From Ancylonema sp. (lineage: Eukaryota): DNA of 50,844 nt. The position numbers and the translations under genes are program-made. The stretch's first letter is position 1. Each line of letters starts with the position of its first letter. Where the stretch lies: NCBI GenBank assembly GCA_050230475.1, contig JBFLGF010000024.1, positions 62,001-112,844 on the forward strand, read 5' to 3'. Below are positions 25,836 through 38,389 of this stretch, piece after piece. The notes beneath the pieces were generated by a model. It did no database searches and was not told the origin of the DNA. It saw only the letters and a list, made by a program, of their open reading frames with translations.

Positions 25836-28800
25836 TCATGCCCTCGGGCCCCACACCTACCAGCAAACAGACACTCCGAGTAAGATGAAACACCCAAATG
25901 GAAGAATGAACGAACATCAGAATAACAAAACGGGGGGACGGCAGAATGGCAGAATGGCAGAACGAAAGAACCACATCAATCGGTGATGGCAGAATGCCCC
26001 CCTCATCGCCGCCACACCCACCCGACTGCACCTCACTTTGATTTTGGCGTCCGCCCCCCCCGTGTACAGTCTTCCACCCGCATACGCCATGGACAGAACC
26101 GCCCCCTTGTGAGCATGAAACTCCTTGTGATGCAAACGCAACCCCTCCCCAAACACCCGCGCCTACCCCAAACCCAACCCCAACCCCCCCCTGGATCAGG
26201 CTTACGTCAGCAGATCTGAGGTTCTGTCTGCCAGGACTATGACAGTGTGCCTAGAACCAGAATGCAAACCAGAATAAAATAGCAACAGGAATACAACTAG
26301 ACCCCCTGTGTTTGTCACCTGTATGTTTGAATCCCACCCTCCGCTGTAGACCCACCCCCCACCCTCCACCACACAGCTGGCCACCTTCTCATGGCAAACC
26401 ACACAGCAGCGACACGTGCTCTCCTCCCACACCTTGCATCAGGAGAAAACAACAGAGGAGACAGGGGACCCCTTCAGATAGCGGTCATCATCGAGTGCAG
26501 CATTCACAATGAAGAAATGAAAACAGAACGCATTCCCTTTCTCTGTACCGCCCCCCCACCCCCCCTTCCTCCCCCTTCCTCCCCCTTCCTCCCCCTTCCT
26601 CCCCCTTCCTCCCCCTTCCCTTTCTCCCCCTTCCTCCCCCTTCCTCCCCTTCCCCTCACCTGAATCTCCCCCTTCTCCCTTGCGCACACCACCTTCCCCC
26701 CCCCCCCTGCCGCCAGCGCCCTGATCCCCCCCCCCCCCTCCAGCCTGGCCAGGGGGGAGTGGTCTGCCCTCCACCACAGGAGCAGACACCCGTCCCACCC
26801 ACCGCTATAAAGGACTTCGGAATCCGCTACAAGGGCGGAAACTGGGGCACTGTGGCCGGGCATGCGGGCCAGGAGGGAAAAATCCTAAGGGGGGGATGGA
26901 TGGGGGGGGGGCGTGGGGAAGAGGTTGGGGATGAGTTGCATGTCTGGGGTGGAGGGTGGGTGGTGTCAGGTTACTGGGGGGGGGGGGGGGGTGCTGGATG
27001 GTTCAGGGGTTGTCGAATCTTTCAGGTCGGTAGCGTGCAACTACAAACGATTTGAGGGGATAAATAGACCCACATGGGACCCACAAAGAGTCACACCCCC
27101 TCCCTTGAGGACTGTTACAAGCTTATTATAATAGGTTTTTGACCATCAAAATGGAAAACATATGCATTTCATTTTTGTTGAGTATATTCAGATTGACTGG
27201 TAGTGGAAAGTTTGAGAACTGGAGAAATTAGAAATCTAGATTCTCAGAGATTTAGAATCACATAATATCTGTATTAATATGATAATGGAGTATTGATACA
27301 TGGTACATTAACTGAGAAGACTTGTGACATCTATAATTAGTAGAAATAAACACAATATCACACAACAATAATATCACGATGCATGTCAAGAAGAGAGGAT
27401 CAGCCATACAGATACACATACACCCATGCTTCAACATACACATACACAAACACATTTTCTAACCCGAATCGAAACATCGCCCTTCTTTCCTGCCATACAC
27501 TAGTGGATTGATATCATCATCCCACCCTCCTTCCCCCTCCCCCTACCTGCGTCGACCACCCCTTGACCACCCTGTCCCCCCCCCCCGTGTACACCACACC
27601 ATCCCCCGCACCCGCCAGCGCCACCACACCAACGTAGCGCCAGTCGCTGTGATCCTGCCACGTGGCGACCTCTGAAGGGCCCACGTCACCCGAACCCGAC
27701 ACCTGGCCCAGGTCCCAGACTGACACCTGGCAGCCGTAGTCCGCCGACACCAGCCCGTGCGAGGTTGAAGGGTGGGGATCGGTGGGGGTGTCGGTGACCG
27801 AAGTTATGGTGTTGGTTACTGTGGGTCGTAGGTTGGTTAGGGGCAGTAGGGCCATGATGCGGTGCGTGTGACTGGAGAGCGTGTGGAGAAGGGAACCCGT
27901 CTGGGGGGGGGGGGGGGCAGGCAGTATATTATATGAGAGGGGGGAGGAGAATGGTGGCGGAATTTAGGAGAGGGTGGTGATGTGCGCGCTGGTTCTCTCT
28001 CGTGAAGGAAGGGGGGAAATGAGTGTTGTCGCAATGTGTATTGTAGCATGTAGGATTGCGCACAGCTGTAGTGGGCGAACAGATATAGTGGACATGTCTC
28101 ATATATAATGTCAGGATTTCCTTACAAATGTGTTCGTCCATCGCGTTTGACTGTCAGCATTATTGTTACCCGTGGTTTGGTGCAAAAATAGTGCAGAAGA
28201 GCCGGTGGCTGTCCAGTAATTGCCTAATCCATTTCCATGGTCACAAGTTGTTGTTCCATAGAGGGGGGGGGGGGGGGCGATGTCTAGTCAGCGCGAGGCT
28301 CCTGTCCAGTCATCATGAGCCCCGTGCTCTTACCTCTATGGACCACAGGCAAATGGTTTTGTCGAAGGAAGCACTGCAGAGGTAGTTGCCTGCGGACACG
28401 TGGCGGAAGGAGAGAGGGCCATGGAGTGGGAATGGAATTCAACACGTGAAACAGCAGCCCTGTCTGTGAGAACAAAGATGGGCCAAACATGACTTGTGAC
28501 TCTGCAGTAAGTTAGGAGTAAAGGGATTAAGAATCACAATGTCTTGAATCCATTTACTTGCCTTATCGAACTGGTATACCCATCATACTTGCCTACAGAT
28601 GTATGTAACAGGTATGCCTACAGATGCATACAGATGTATGTGTATACTTATACACACGGATGTGGATGTATATGTAGATGACATGTAAATGTCATAAATG
28701 ACATGTACATGACATATAAATGACTTATAAAGACATATTTATGATCACATATAAATGACAAGATATCTTTACTGAGGTAGAGGTATCTACATGCAGATGA

Positions 28801-29677
28801 CGTTCCCTATCTGCTAATAGCACACCCATTCCATTCTTGTACCTGCTATTGCAAGAGCAGAAACTTGATCCAGATGCCCCTCATACACGCTCACCAGCTG
28901 AGTACAGGGCTCAGATAAAGCAGGAGGGCATCCCCCTGCGTCCCTCGTAGCATCTTGTCCACTGCTGGATCCGGATTCGAGGGATAACCGGGTGACAGGT
29001 AACCTGTCTGGCGATAGAGAACCTGGTCCCGAGTGGTTGGGATTGGGCAGGTCGATGTCAGCATCATCTTCCGAGTGTTTTATGCTACCTACCGCGAAAG
29101 CAGATTCGGTTTCGGAGGTAGAGCAATCTTTTGGAGCCAATCTAGGCAGTGGCGGAGGAGGTGACGTGGATGTCGAGGGCACGCAGGTGCCAAAGGGGGA
29201 TGGCTGTTTTCCAGTGTCTGAATCCGGTTCATCCGCATTGTGATGTATCCCGTCCTGGTTCACCGACAGAGAAAACTGAGGCCTCTGTGGGCGAGTCGGA
29301 TTCGTGAGTGAAGGCTGCCCTTTGAGTACCTCCACAAGGCGCATCAGCTCGATGTTCTTTGGGAGGCTCTGCGCACCTGCGCCTGTGAGGCGCGTGCGCG
29401 CACTGCATTCGGGGCATCGAATCAGAACGAGTTTTGATATACTCGGGGGATCGGAGGATTGTGACTGCCCACTTCCACTAGTTCTGGAGCTTGTCACGGG
29501 CAGAGCGCCCATTATCGTCCCAGATGGCACAGCGGTAGCTGGGGTCTGTGTGGAAATCAAGGAGCAGATGCAACCCTCACAAAGACTGTGACCGCAGTTG
29601 AGGACGCGTGGATAATGGAAAGTTTCTTCGAAGGGACAGAGGCAAACTATGCATTCAGGAAGAAGGTATCCCGTCAT
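25836..29677 (-). CDS. RING-finger plus WD40-repeat protein (At1g21651-like); exons about 28843-29677, 28314-28388, 27547-27900, 26661-27020, 26318-26430, 26037-26195, 25836-25856
   Basis: PECIVCLCPFEETFHYPRVLNCGHSLCEGC...IRCPECSART...LPKNIELMRL, followed by WD repeats GHLDQVSALAIA|GNYLCSASFDKTICLWS, YTGGGDRVVKGWS, GHSAPVSAL..LYSGGWDG, VYSGGWDSNIQ and AHKGAVLSM..LYTGGADAKIK|VW. Internal exon edges are approximate. Confidence 0.85.
26555..26655 (+). repeat. (CCCCCTTCCT)n pyrimidine minisatellite in an intron
   Basis: Directly visible tandem 10-mer. Confidence 0.85.
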
Positions 29678-30747
29678 AGCGGATGTAATTGATAATGGAT
29701 GTTTCACAAAAAATATATAAATTCGATCTTCCTCGATGTCCACCTCGCCTTCATCAACAATGACTTATGGAACGAGCAGGTCGTACAGCACAGATTTTTC
29801 GTTTACATTTTTCAGAACCCGGCTCGTCATCAATGTCTGGACATTGAATGAAATTGAATGACTGGTGTTTGTCGCACGCACCCTCCCGGATATACATAGA
29901 AGCCTAGGACAAAGAACCAAGAATATTGTCCCCTTCTGCGAAAGAAATGGCGAAACATCGGCAGTACAACTATATCACGGCAAGGAGGCCACAGAGGGCT
30001 CATTCTCCATACCTACTTTGTGGGGAAAACCCTGGTGACCCGTATGGACAAGGAGCGGTTCCCACATTTTTCGCGAGGAAGTGGTTTTCTTCCGCGGTCT
30101 TCAGATTCCTGCGAGATTCAGTCAGAAGTTGGGCAGCCCAGCGCCCAGCGCCCAGCGCCCAGCGCCTAGCGGTATCCGGCGGTTCGGACTCAGGGCGGGA
30201 TGGGGAAATTTAATAATCCAACCCCCTAATTAATGAACACTTAATTAGGTGGTTGTGGTTGTAGTTTTGAGTCAACACTAACCGGTTAAAACCGGATAAC
30301 GGCGGTAGCCGTTTCGGTGTTCCTTTCCTGCAGTCGGTGCTTCAGGTGTACGGCCTTTTTACTTCAGGTGTTTTCTTCCGTACATGTAGAGATACGCACG
30401 AGCCAAGCGAATCTCGATTATATCTCGCACACAACATTTCCGATCACGGGCAGCAATCAACTTCCAGGGCTCAAATATTCTCACTTGCCTTTCTTCCTGA
30501 CAGCAGGGAAGCGCTTGACCGTCATACAATTGGCATGCCTGGTCGCAGAGAGCATATAACGGCAACAGAGAACGACAGCTGAACGCCTCCATGCCATTCT
30601 GTTCCGAGAATCACTGAGGTACAGAAAGGGCCGGGGTGTTGACACGATTCTGTTAGAGGTATGGGTAGCACCAAGTGAACAAGGAACTGGCAATAGCTCG
30701 TTGGGCGTACGAACAGGACGACCACTTCGTTTTCCTGCTGTGTCGGT

Positions 30748-33700
30748 ATGGGAAATCAACAGAGTACCATCGACGCTCTTGTTGCGAAGGCTTTTCCGCC
30801 CCCTAGTCCAAACCAGGTGAAAGAGAAGGTGGATGCGGCAAGCATTCCCAATTTGGAGATACTGGCCTTTGAGGCAGCTGCCACAATGCAGAAAGCTCTC
30901 GAACTTTGGGACGTGCTTCAGCCCCACAGATTAGTTTTCCTACAGCAGAATTTACAGGTTCGTGGCATCTATCTGTGCAGCGATGACCCCGGCAACTTTT
31001 TGAATTTTCCAGATTTTATGTCTGGAAAACCAGTCTAGATATGCCAGCCAGCTGTATCTTACCTCCCAGGAGTGCGTACGTGACACTAAAGCTCATACTT
31101 TTGTATATGATGCTTGACCCTCCGTCTTGACAGACTCCATTTCCACTTCTTATCCCGACTTGTTGAAATTCTGTCTTCTTCTTGTATTTCTTCACTTCTG
31201 AGACGTGGTGACCTGACCGGGCGCATTGGGCGTGGGTACAGATGGAAGGAATCCTTAAGCTTGTGTGTCCTGAAAAAGAGATGCGGTGGCGACTCGCGGG
31301 TACATTACAGTTCTCTCTTTTACACAGTCCCTTCAAGTTTGGCTGCTACTTCTTCCACCTTAAGCTCCTGGCACGGAATTCACAGAGTACAAATTCTCCA
31401 TTGAGAACAAATAGTCCTTGTGTTTTCATCAATCCTGAGCTCATCAGAGCTGCAGTCTTGACGAGAGTTTTTGCGTCCATTTGCACTCGTGTTGCAGGTG
31501 CAGAACGGGAGAAAGATTTGCAGGTTTTGATATCTGCCGTAGTATTGATAGGGCGGAAGTCGCCTACCCCGGAGATTCAGGGTATCAAGGAGAGGCTTGC
31601 ACGCATATTTTCTCGGGGTTCAGACCTATCTGCCGGAGACCTTTCGGCCAAGGAACTCGAAATCCTGTTGCAGTGAGTCCACGCGTCGTCACCATCATCA
31701 TTAAGCAACACAAAAACATGTGAAGACTAAGACAGTCGTTACGACTTTCGGGAGTTTCCTGGTTTTGATGGATGCACAGGTTGTCAACTTTCTCCGATAA
31801 TCAATGTTAGAGCTGGCTAAATGAACGCACGTACGATGAATACAACAGAGTCATTTTTAATCGTCCCAATGCTGCGAAACTTCACAACATGACCAACTGG
31901 CTGCCACTACCAATAAACGAACCAGCCAACCGATTGTTCAGATTGTTAGCAATCGGTCCCACAGACAGTCCACTACCAATGATCAGCAGGAGGTACACAG
32001 TTAGCTCCCTGCCTGTAGTAGGTGGACACATAGGTGAACAAACCGCTTGTCTTTGTTGGGGGCTGGTAGGGGGCTGTTTGGGGACCGGTAGTCCTTTGGT
32101 CACTTAAACTGTGTCAAAAGGGTCATGCTGAGCCCAGATGATGTCATCTCCAACACCTCACAGATGGTTCCTTCGAGATACTTGGTAAAGGAATGTGGGC
32201 ACGTCTTTGAGCAATACTTGAGCAGGAAAAGCCCTAATCAGGTTTGGCGTATGCGCAGTCCCTCTGTGCCTTGGCACAAAAGTGTTTTTCACATGTAAAG
32301 TTGGAGTCATTGAGGTTGGTTGATTTCAGGTTCCTCCGAGACATGGTGAGCAGCACTGGCGAGCTACGTTCGGAACTGAACGTGTTGGATAACCTGAAAC
32401 CAAGGTGAGAGTCGGGATCAATATGTCAAGTTTAAGGTTCAGAAGCTCAGCGAAGCTCAGTAGTGCTCCTTCTGCTGGTCTCATGCACCAGTGCAACGTA
32501 TATTATTCGCGGCTTCACACCTAGTCGACTCCGTTCTTGCTCAACATGCCACATGGTGCGAGCTAGGGCCAAAAGAAGAGAGCAAGAAGGCAAACTGCCA
32601 CAATCCAAAATGGAGAATGGGCAAAATGGTAGAGACAGTGTGTCGGCAGGTCGATAGTTTCCCTCGTAATGTCGAGAAGCCGTCCTGGATCGATCTTCAA
32701 CTGAGCCTTAGTCATCAGAAGGGAGATCAGGAACCAGACCAGTGTGAGTAGGGCTAGGGATCTGCCCAATCTTTATGTTTGGAGCTTGTCTGGTTGTAAC
32801 GGGCTAAGTTCCAATCCGCTTCCTCCACGTCAGTTCCTCATGCGAGTCATATATACCACGTTCAGAGAGGACAAGAACGTCAGATACCAAACAACGACTT
32901 TGTTGGCAGAGAGCAGCAATTGTTCCTTTTGGCTTCACAAGCATGAGTTCTGTGACCCAAGGACGTACTTTTGGATGCAGTCACCCTCTGAGAGTGTCGA
33001 GACTTTTGCGCGAAATGATCACCAACGGCAACGGCAGCGTGAATCCGAGCCAGTTCAATAGTAAGATGAAGAAGGCGCCAACGCCCGAGGAGCGCCTAGC
33101 AGCACAAGTGAGTGCTCTGAGGGAAAGGAAGACAGAACGGAAGGTGCTGTTTTAGCAAGACCTATGGATGAAAGGCATGAAGAGTTCACGGAAGTACCGG
33201 AAGAGGCTCACAGAGCCTTTGACAGGTCGTCGTGGTTATGGTGAAGGTTATGGTTATGGTTATGGTTATGGTTATTGTAATGGGAATAAAGTTAGGGTGT
33301 GGGGATTCTGAGCGCATGATTTGCCACTAGTGTGCACAGAATTCATTTGTTCTAGTATTGATGAAGAGGATCCAACTGTGATCCCCCTCACTCATCGAAA
33401 GCTTCGATAGATCACAAATGCATCCCTGGACTCGTTCTCAGTGTGGTGGGAGGTCCTTCTTTGGTGCCGCAGTTGAAAGTGGTGAACAAGCTCAAGTCAA
33501 ATTCCCTGTGGATATTTCCAGTGGACAAGATGGTCCAGGTGAGGAGAAGACAGAGGAATAGGAGGGGGAGGGAGGAAGGGGCTGTGCAGAGGAGGGTCCT
33601 GAACTGCACAGGAGCTGAGTATCACCAATGGGAATGCACAATGGCATGGGCAAAGGACGTAGGAGGATAGTTGATGCTAGGATATGTCCTACCCCCCTTT

Positions 33701-35021
33701 TTTTTTCTTTTTTAAGAAAGAGACAGTATGAGATGAACGAGGAGGTTGCAGCACAGGTGGCAGCTGCACTCCGTATGGCGGAGGATTAAGTTTGAAGGAG
33801 GGGGTTGTGATCATTCTTTACTGACTTATAATCAGACATGGACAGCAAGTCGAGAAGTGAACTGTTGTTGTCCTGGAAATCGACTTGTGAGGCCATACAC
33901 ATGTTTTCGTTCACCAGGACACTGTTATGAACTCTCTGAGAGTGGGGGAGGGGAGACAGGCCGGCCTGTATAGAATGACCTGAACCCAAAGCAGATGTGA
34001 ACGAGAAATGCAATACGGAGGTTGGGTCTCTGTTCTTCAGGTCCTGGGGGTGGTGATCTACGTCATCCGATGTCGATTTGTGAACGTGTTCGGGTACCCC
34101 GTGGTAGACCCGGAGGAGATTTCCGATACCCTTGGGGCCGCGGGCCTGGCTCTCCACTACGCCCACCTGCTGGTGGCCATCAACAAAATGGTGAACAGGC
34201 CCACGCTGGTGCTGCGATCCGCCAGGTGAGGACTGGGGCTGGGGGCTGGGGGCTGGGGATTGGGGGTTGGGATTGGGGGCTGGGGGCTGGGGGCTGGGGG
34301 TATGTCAGGTGAAAATGATGCTGGTAGGGGATCTGGAAGGAAGTGAGGTGCGGTACTGCTGTGCTCATTATTGCACCTCCTTGCCCACAGACGTGGAGGT
34401 ATAGGTGGTGTCTGTGTACGTACGTGGGCGTGTATGGGCTGAAAAATAAAGTGGATTTGTATGATTGCAAGTAAAAGGGGGGGTGTCTTCAGATAGTTGT
34501 AATCCACAGCTGTCCTGTTGACCGCCTGTGTGGTGCCGCCACCTGTCAGAGAGGACCTGTACCACAAGGTCCCCATCCACATCAAGCGCGTCCTCAAGGA
34601 GCGCCTCAAAGGCCGCGCCCAGCCCTTCGACGCGGAGCTGGCGGCCGACCTCCGCCGCTCCATGGAGGGCATGCTGCGTTGGGTGATGCCCATCGCCCAA
34701 AGCACGCTGGTGTGGCAACAAGAACACTCGTGTGGTCAGCACTTCCAGAGGAGGACCCGGGTGCTGCAGGTGCAGACCCTGTTCATGGCCAAGATCGACC
34801 TGGTGGAGATGGCCATCCTCGAGCTGCTGGTGGGGCTGAGCTATATCGTGAGGCCCGTGGGGGCGCCCGCGTACGAGGGGGCGGACGGCGCCAAGTGGCG
34901 GGACTGGGTGGCGTCCGGGGGGCTGCTGGAGCCGCGGACGGGGTTTGTGCCTTCGCTGTCGCTCAGGTCGCAGTCGGCCGCGTACCAGAGTAGCCAGTCG
35001 TTCAGCGGACCCGCGAGGTAG
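30748..35021 (+). CDS. DUF3475/DUF668 protein (PSK SIMULATOR / PSI-like), multi-exon, with probable N-myristoylation site
   Basis: MGNQQS start, EILAFEAAATMQKA (DUF3475 signature), TLGAAGLALHYAHLLVAINKM, REDLYHKVP, LRWVMPIAQSTLVWQQEHS and RVLQVQTLFMAK..VEMAILELLVGLSYI (DUF668). Intermediate exons with GT-AG borders lie near 31500, 32120, 32330, 32990 and 33490. Confidence 0.85.
33235..33276 (+). repeat. (GGTTAT)n microsatellite
   Basis: Directly visible. Confidence 0.85.
34232..34300 (+). repeat. (GGGGGCT)n G-rich intronic repeat with G-quadruplex potential
   Basis: Directly visible just after the GT donor near 34226. Confidence 0.8.
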
Positions 35022-38000
35022 GAGAGACCGCCAGCTGGCGCGGCGGGGGCCAATGGGGGCTCGTCGAATGGGGGGAATGTGGAAGTGCCGCCTGAGCAAA
35101 AGCCGCAGAGAAGCCTGACGTTGTAAAGGACTGGCGTTGGAATCGTGTTGTAAATGATTTATTGATTGGGTCACGGGGTATGGCGTAGAATCTGTAGGCA
35201 GGCGAATCTTCACATGGTCCTGCCTGGGAGCCTCAGGTAGGTAGGTAGGTAGGTAGGAGCAGGTTTGTTGGCTAGGGTAGGTAGGTAGCTAGGTTGCACT
35301 GAGGGGCTGGGGGCAACAAATGAGGGGGAAACGAGGAGAGGAGATTGCAACCAAATAGAATGGCAGAGGGGGATCCACAACGGCGTCAGGGGAGAGAGGG
35401 GGGGGGCAGGCAGGCTGTGGCGTTTCATGCAAGATCAGCCCCAAGTAGACCACCTGAGAGGAGGAGGGGTGGTAAAAAAACAGGTGTGACTGGTGGGACA
35501 GCACAGAGGGGTTGTGGTGGGCATCCTCCTCATGAGGGCCACAGCTCGAGTGGTGTTGTGTGTGCGGGGGTGGGGGGGGGAGAGAGGAAGTCAAACACCA
35601 TGGCTGCAAGTGTGCCTTTTTGGACTGCCCTCTCCCAAGCCACTGAGGGGCATCCAATGATGCGGTGCCACAGGAGATGAGTGCACAGCAGCGTCCTAGT
35701 AGCGGATCCGGCATGTGGGCAGGTAGGATGGGGAGGAAGGACCAGGGTGTCATGGTGGGTGTGTTACGGCGAGAGTAGTGGGAGGACAGGTAGGCTTGTG
35801 CCTTGGGGGAGGTGTGAGCGAGGAGGACTGAGGTTTTGAAGTCCCTTGATTGGGGTATGGCAAATGACGAGCTTAGCAAAAGCATGATGTACTGGAGAGG
35901 TGGAGGGGCAAAGTTTTTATTTAATTCACACGCCCTTGAAGACAAGAAACAAGAGATATAGAGAGTCTGGCACAACATTCGAGAACTGCGCTTTTGTGCA
36001 TGGTGGTGACTGGACTTGTTTTTGGTGGTTGCAGTGGGGGAGCACCTCAGTAGGGGTGTACCGGAAAGAGGGGTGGAGGAGGAGTAAATGGAAGGAGATG
36101 CCTCTTTGCTCGCCAGGTGAGGACTACGAGAAGTACGCACAGTGTGGTTGGATGGTGCAACTGGTGTGCCATGTTCTGATTCAAGGGGATGTGGGGAGTG
36201 GGGGAATCTGGTGGAAGACGGAGGGAGACTACAAGATGATACACGGAATTTGGTCGCGAAGCAGTGATCAGAGTTGTTTATTTGTATATGGCGTTGTGAA
36301 ACATGTCTCTGTTTGAGGTATGAGGTCTTAAATTGAAGCTAGTCAACGAGGAATTTGGAACGGTCACATAAGGGTTGTAATGTAGGACAAATGGTGCATA
36401 CCCGGGTGTTAAAAGAAGTAAATGTTGATGATGAGGGGGGGAAATGTATGCCTTGTCTAGTTCTAACTGCTTTTGTGCTTGCTAACAAGAGATGGTGTAA
36501 GGGTTGCAGATGAGCACAATAATGGTTTACCTCCCTCTTGCTCTTGCGATTTGGACACCATATGAAAGCATTGCGACTGGGAAATCGCCACTTGCATATG
36601 TTTGAAGGTACGAATCTACTTGGTAAATTCCACTTGCGTTGAAAAGCAAAACAAAATTGAGCAATGCGCGAGACCTTGCTTTCGATACCTTAGTAAAATC
36701 GTTGGAAACATCAGATTACATATGGAGGTATCAATCTCTAACACTCATGAATATTACGTAATTAATATCGTTTTTCTATAAAATTGCAACTAAATACAAA
36801 TCAAAGACACTCGTTGGCACGAGGAAAAATTAATACCTCGTTTCTACCTCTTATCCAATCAACAAAGATTTAATCTTACCATTATGAGTCTATGTGCTTG
36901 AATCGATTTGGTTATTGTCGTTATGGTGACGTCCGTTTCGACGCCATTCACATAAAGTTGTTGCATGCCTATCACAAGGGCATGCATAGGAGCATACATC
37001 GCCTTTGACATAGGCAACTACACATGAGGATGAAAAGGGTATAAAAAAAATTGGTATGCTTTGTGGATGCGCGGATTAACAATAGACGGCCGAGGAGTCG
37101 AAGTCTTCTATAATGCTGCAACGCTCGTGACTTACAATTGACACACATTGAATGTGAGAGTATTTGAACTGCGTTCAGATTATCGGAGAATTATGTTACA
37201 ATCACACCACATAATCTGAATCAAGCAAACACACAAGGTCATCTCTAGCCTTGTGATAGTAGTCTATGATAAGAAAAAAACAATTTCTAAAATACCGGAT
37301 CATGAGCGATCGCTTGCAAAGACCTTGTGGGGTTTCGAGGGAAGACTCATCGATACGTCGAAGACAAGTATTGTTCCTTCTATAAAATGAGAAACATTTT
37401 TTTTAAAATATAAATTAAAGAAAATGGTTGACCCAATCTGAGATGCTTTATTTGAGTATTTAATCGTCGGACCAAAGACAAAATAACACGACGAGAAATT
37501 GTTATGCTAGGATACGCCGTGTCAAATATATGCAACACTGGTTGCAATGACATCTGTATCGGCCACAAGACACTGACCAAAAAGGAAACTAGATAGCTGG
37601 TGTATTTCACTGTATATCTAACATCTCACGTATGCCACACTGCTTGGAAACTACACTAAATACTCGTCAATCTTGCAAGCTCGTTAAAGACTTCGATGCT
37701 CAAAATATATTACACATAGCCAGCACCACCAACATCGCAGACATTTCTTCATCGCGAAACGTCTCACCTTAACTTCACGTGAATGTCAACGCACACTACC
37801 GGAGAAAGAACTTGCCTCAAAAAAAATGTTGAAGATGAAATCTTTGTCATGTCCTTGATTCCCTGAACTTTCACTAGAAGAGATAGATTCGAACCTTGAT
37901 GTAGGATAGCAAAGGGACGTTTCCCATGTGAGGGTTGAGTATTTAGAGCCTGCATCAGATTTCAGATCGAATATGAGTATAATTTGGAATGATCAATGTT

Positions 38001-38389
38001 TACATTCTCCCTCTCCCTCTTGAACCGTGGATGTATTTCGCTAAATTCGTAGTTGTTCAACTTTCCTACCATACATTGAAATATAAGCCCAATATATTAT
38101 TATATTCTTACTACGAGTTCACACCTCTCCTATATTGTTGTCCAATCCATGTTGAAGTTGAAGAATATGTAATTACATGCACGAGCCGTTACCTCGATTT
38201 ATGAATATTTTCACTGCTCGCTGAAGGGTCCAAACATTCAGAATTGAACTCATTGGAGAAGTCAACATGATATCTAAGAAGAACGTTGACCTTTGAAGGC
38301 ACATGTGATCTTTCCATCTGATAAATTGACCACCGATAAGTAGTACGTCAACAACTTCAAATCCGATATAGGACGAGCAACTTTTCGAT

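Noticed and set aside
34368..35213. 281-aa minus-strand ORF
   Set aside because: Antisense shadow of the GC-rich last exon of the DUF668 gene.
35289..36316. Long ORFs (283 aa minus, 138 aa plus) downstream of the PSI-like gene
   Set aside because: Low-complexity S/P/H/L composition running through simple repeats, with no recognisable domain.
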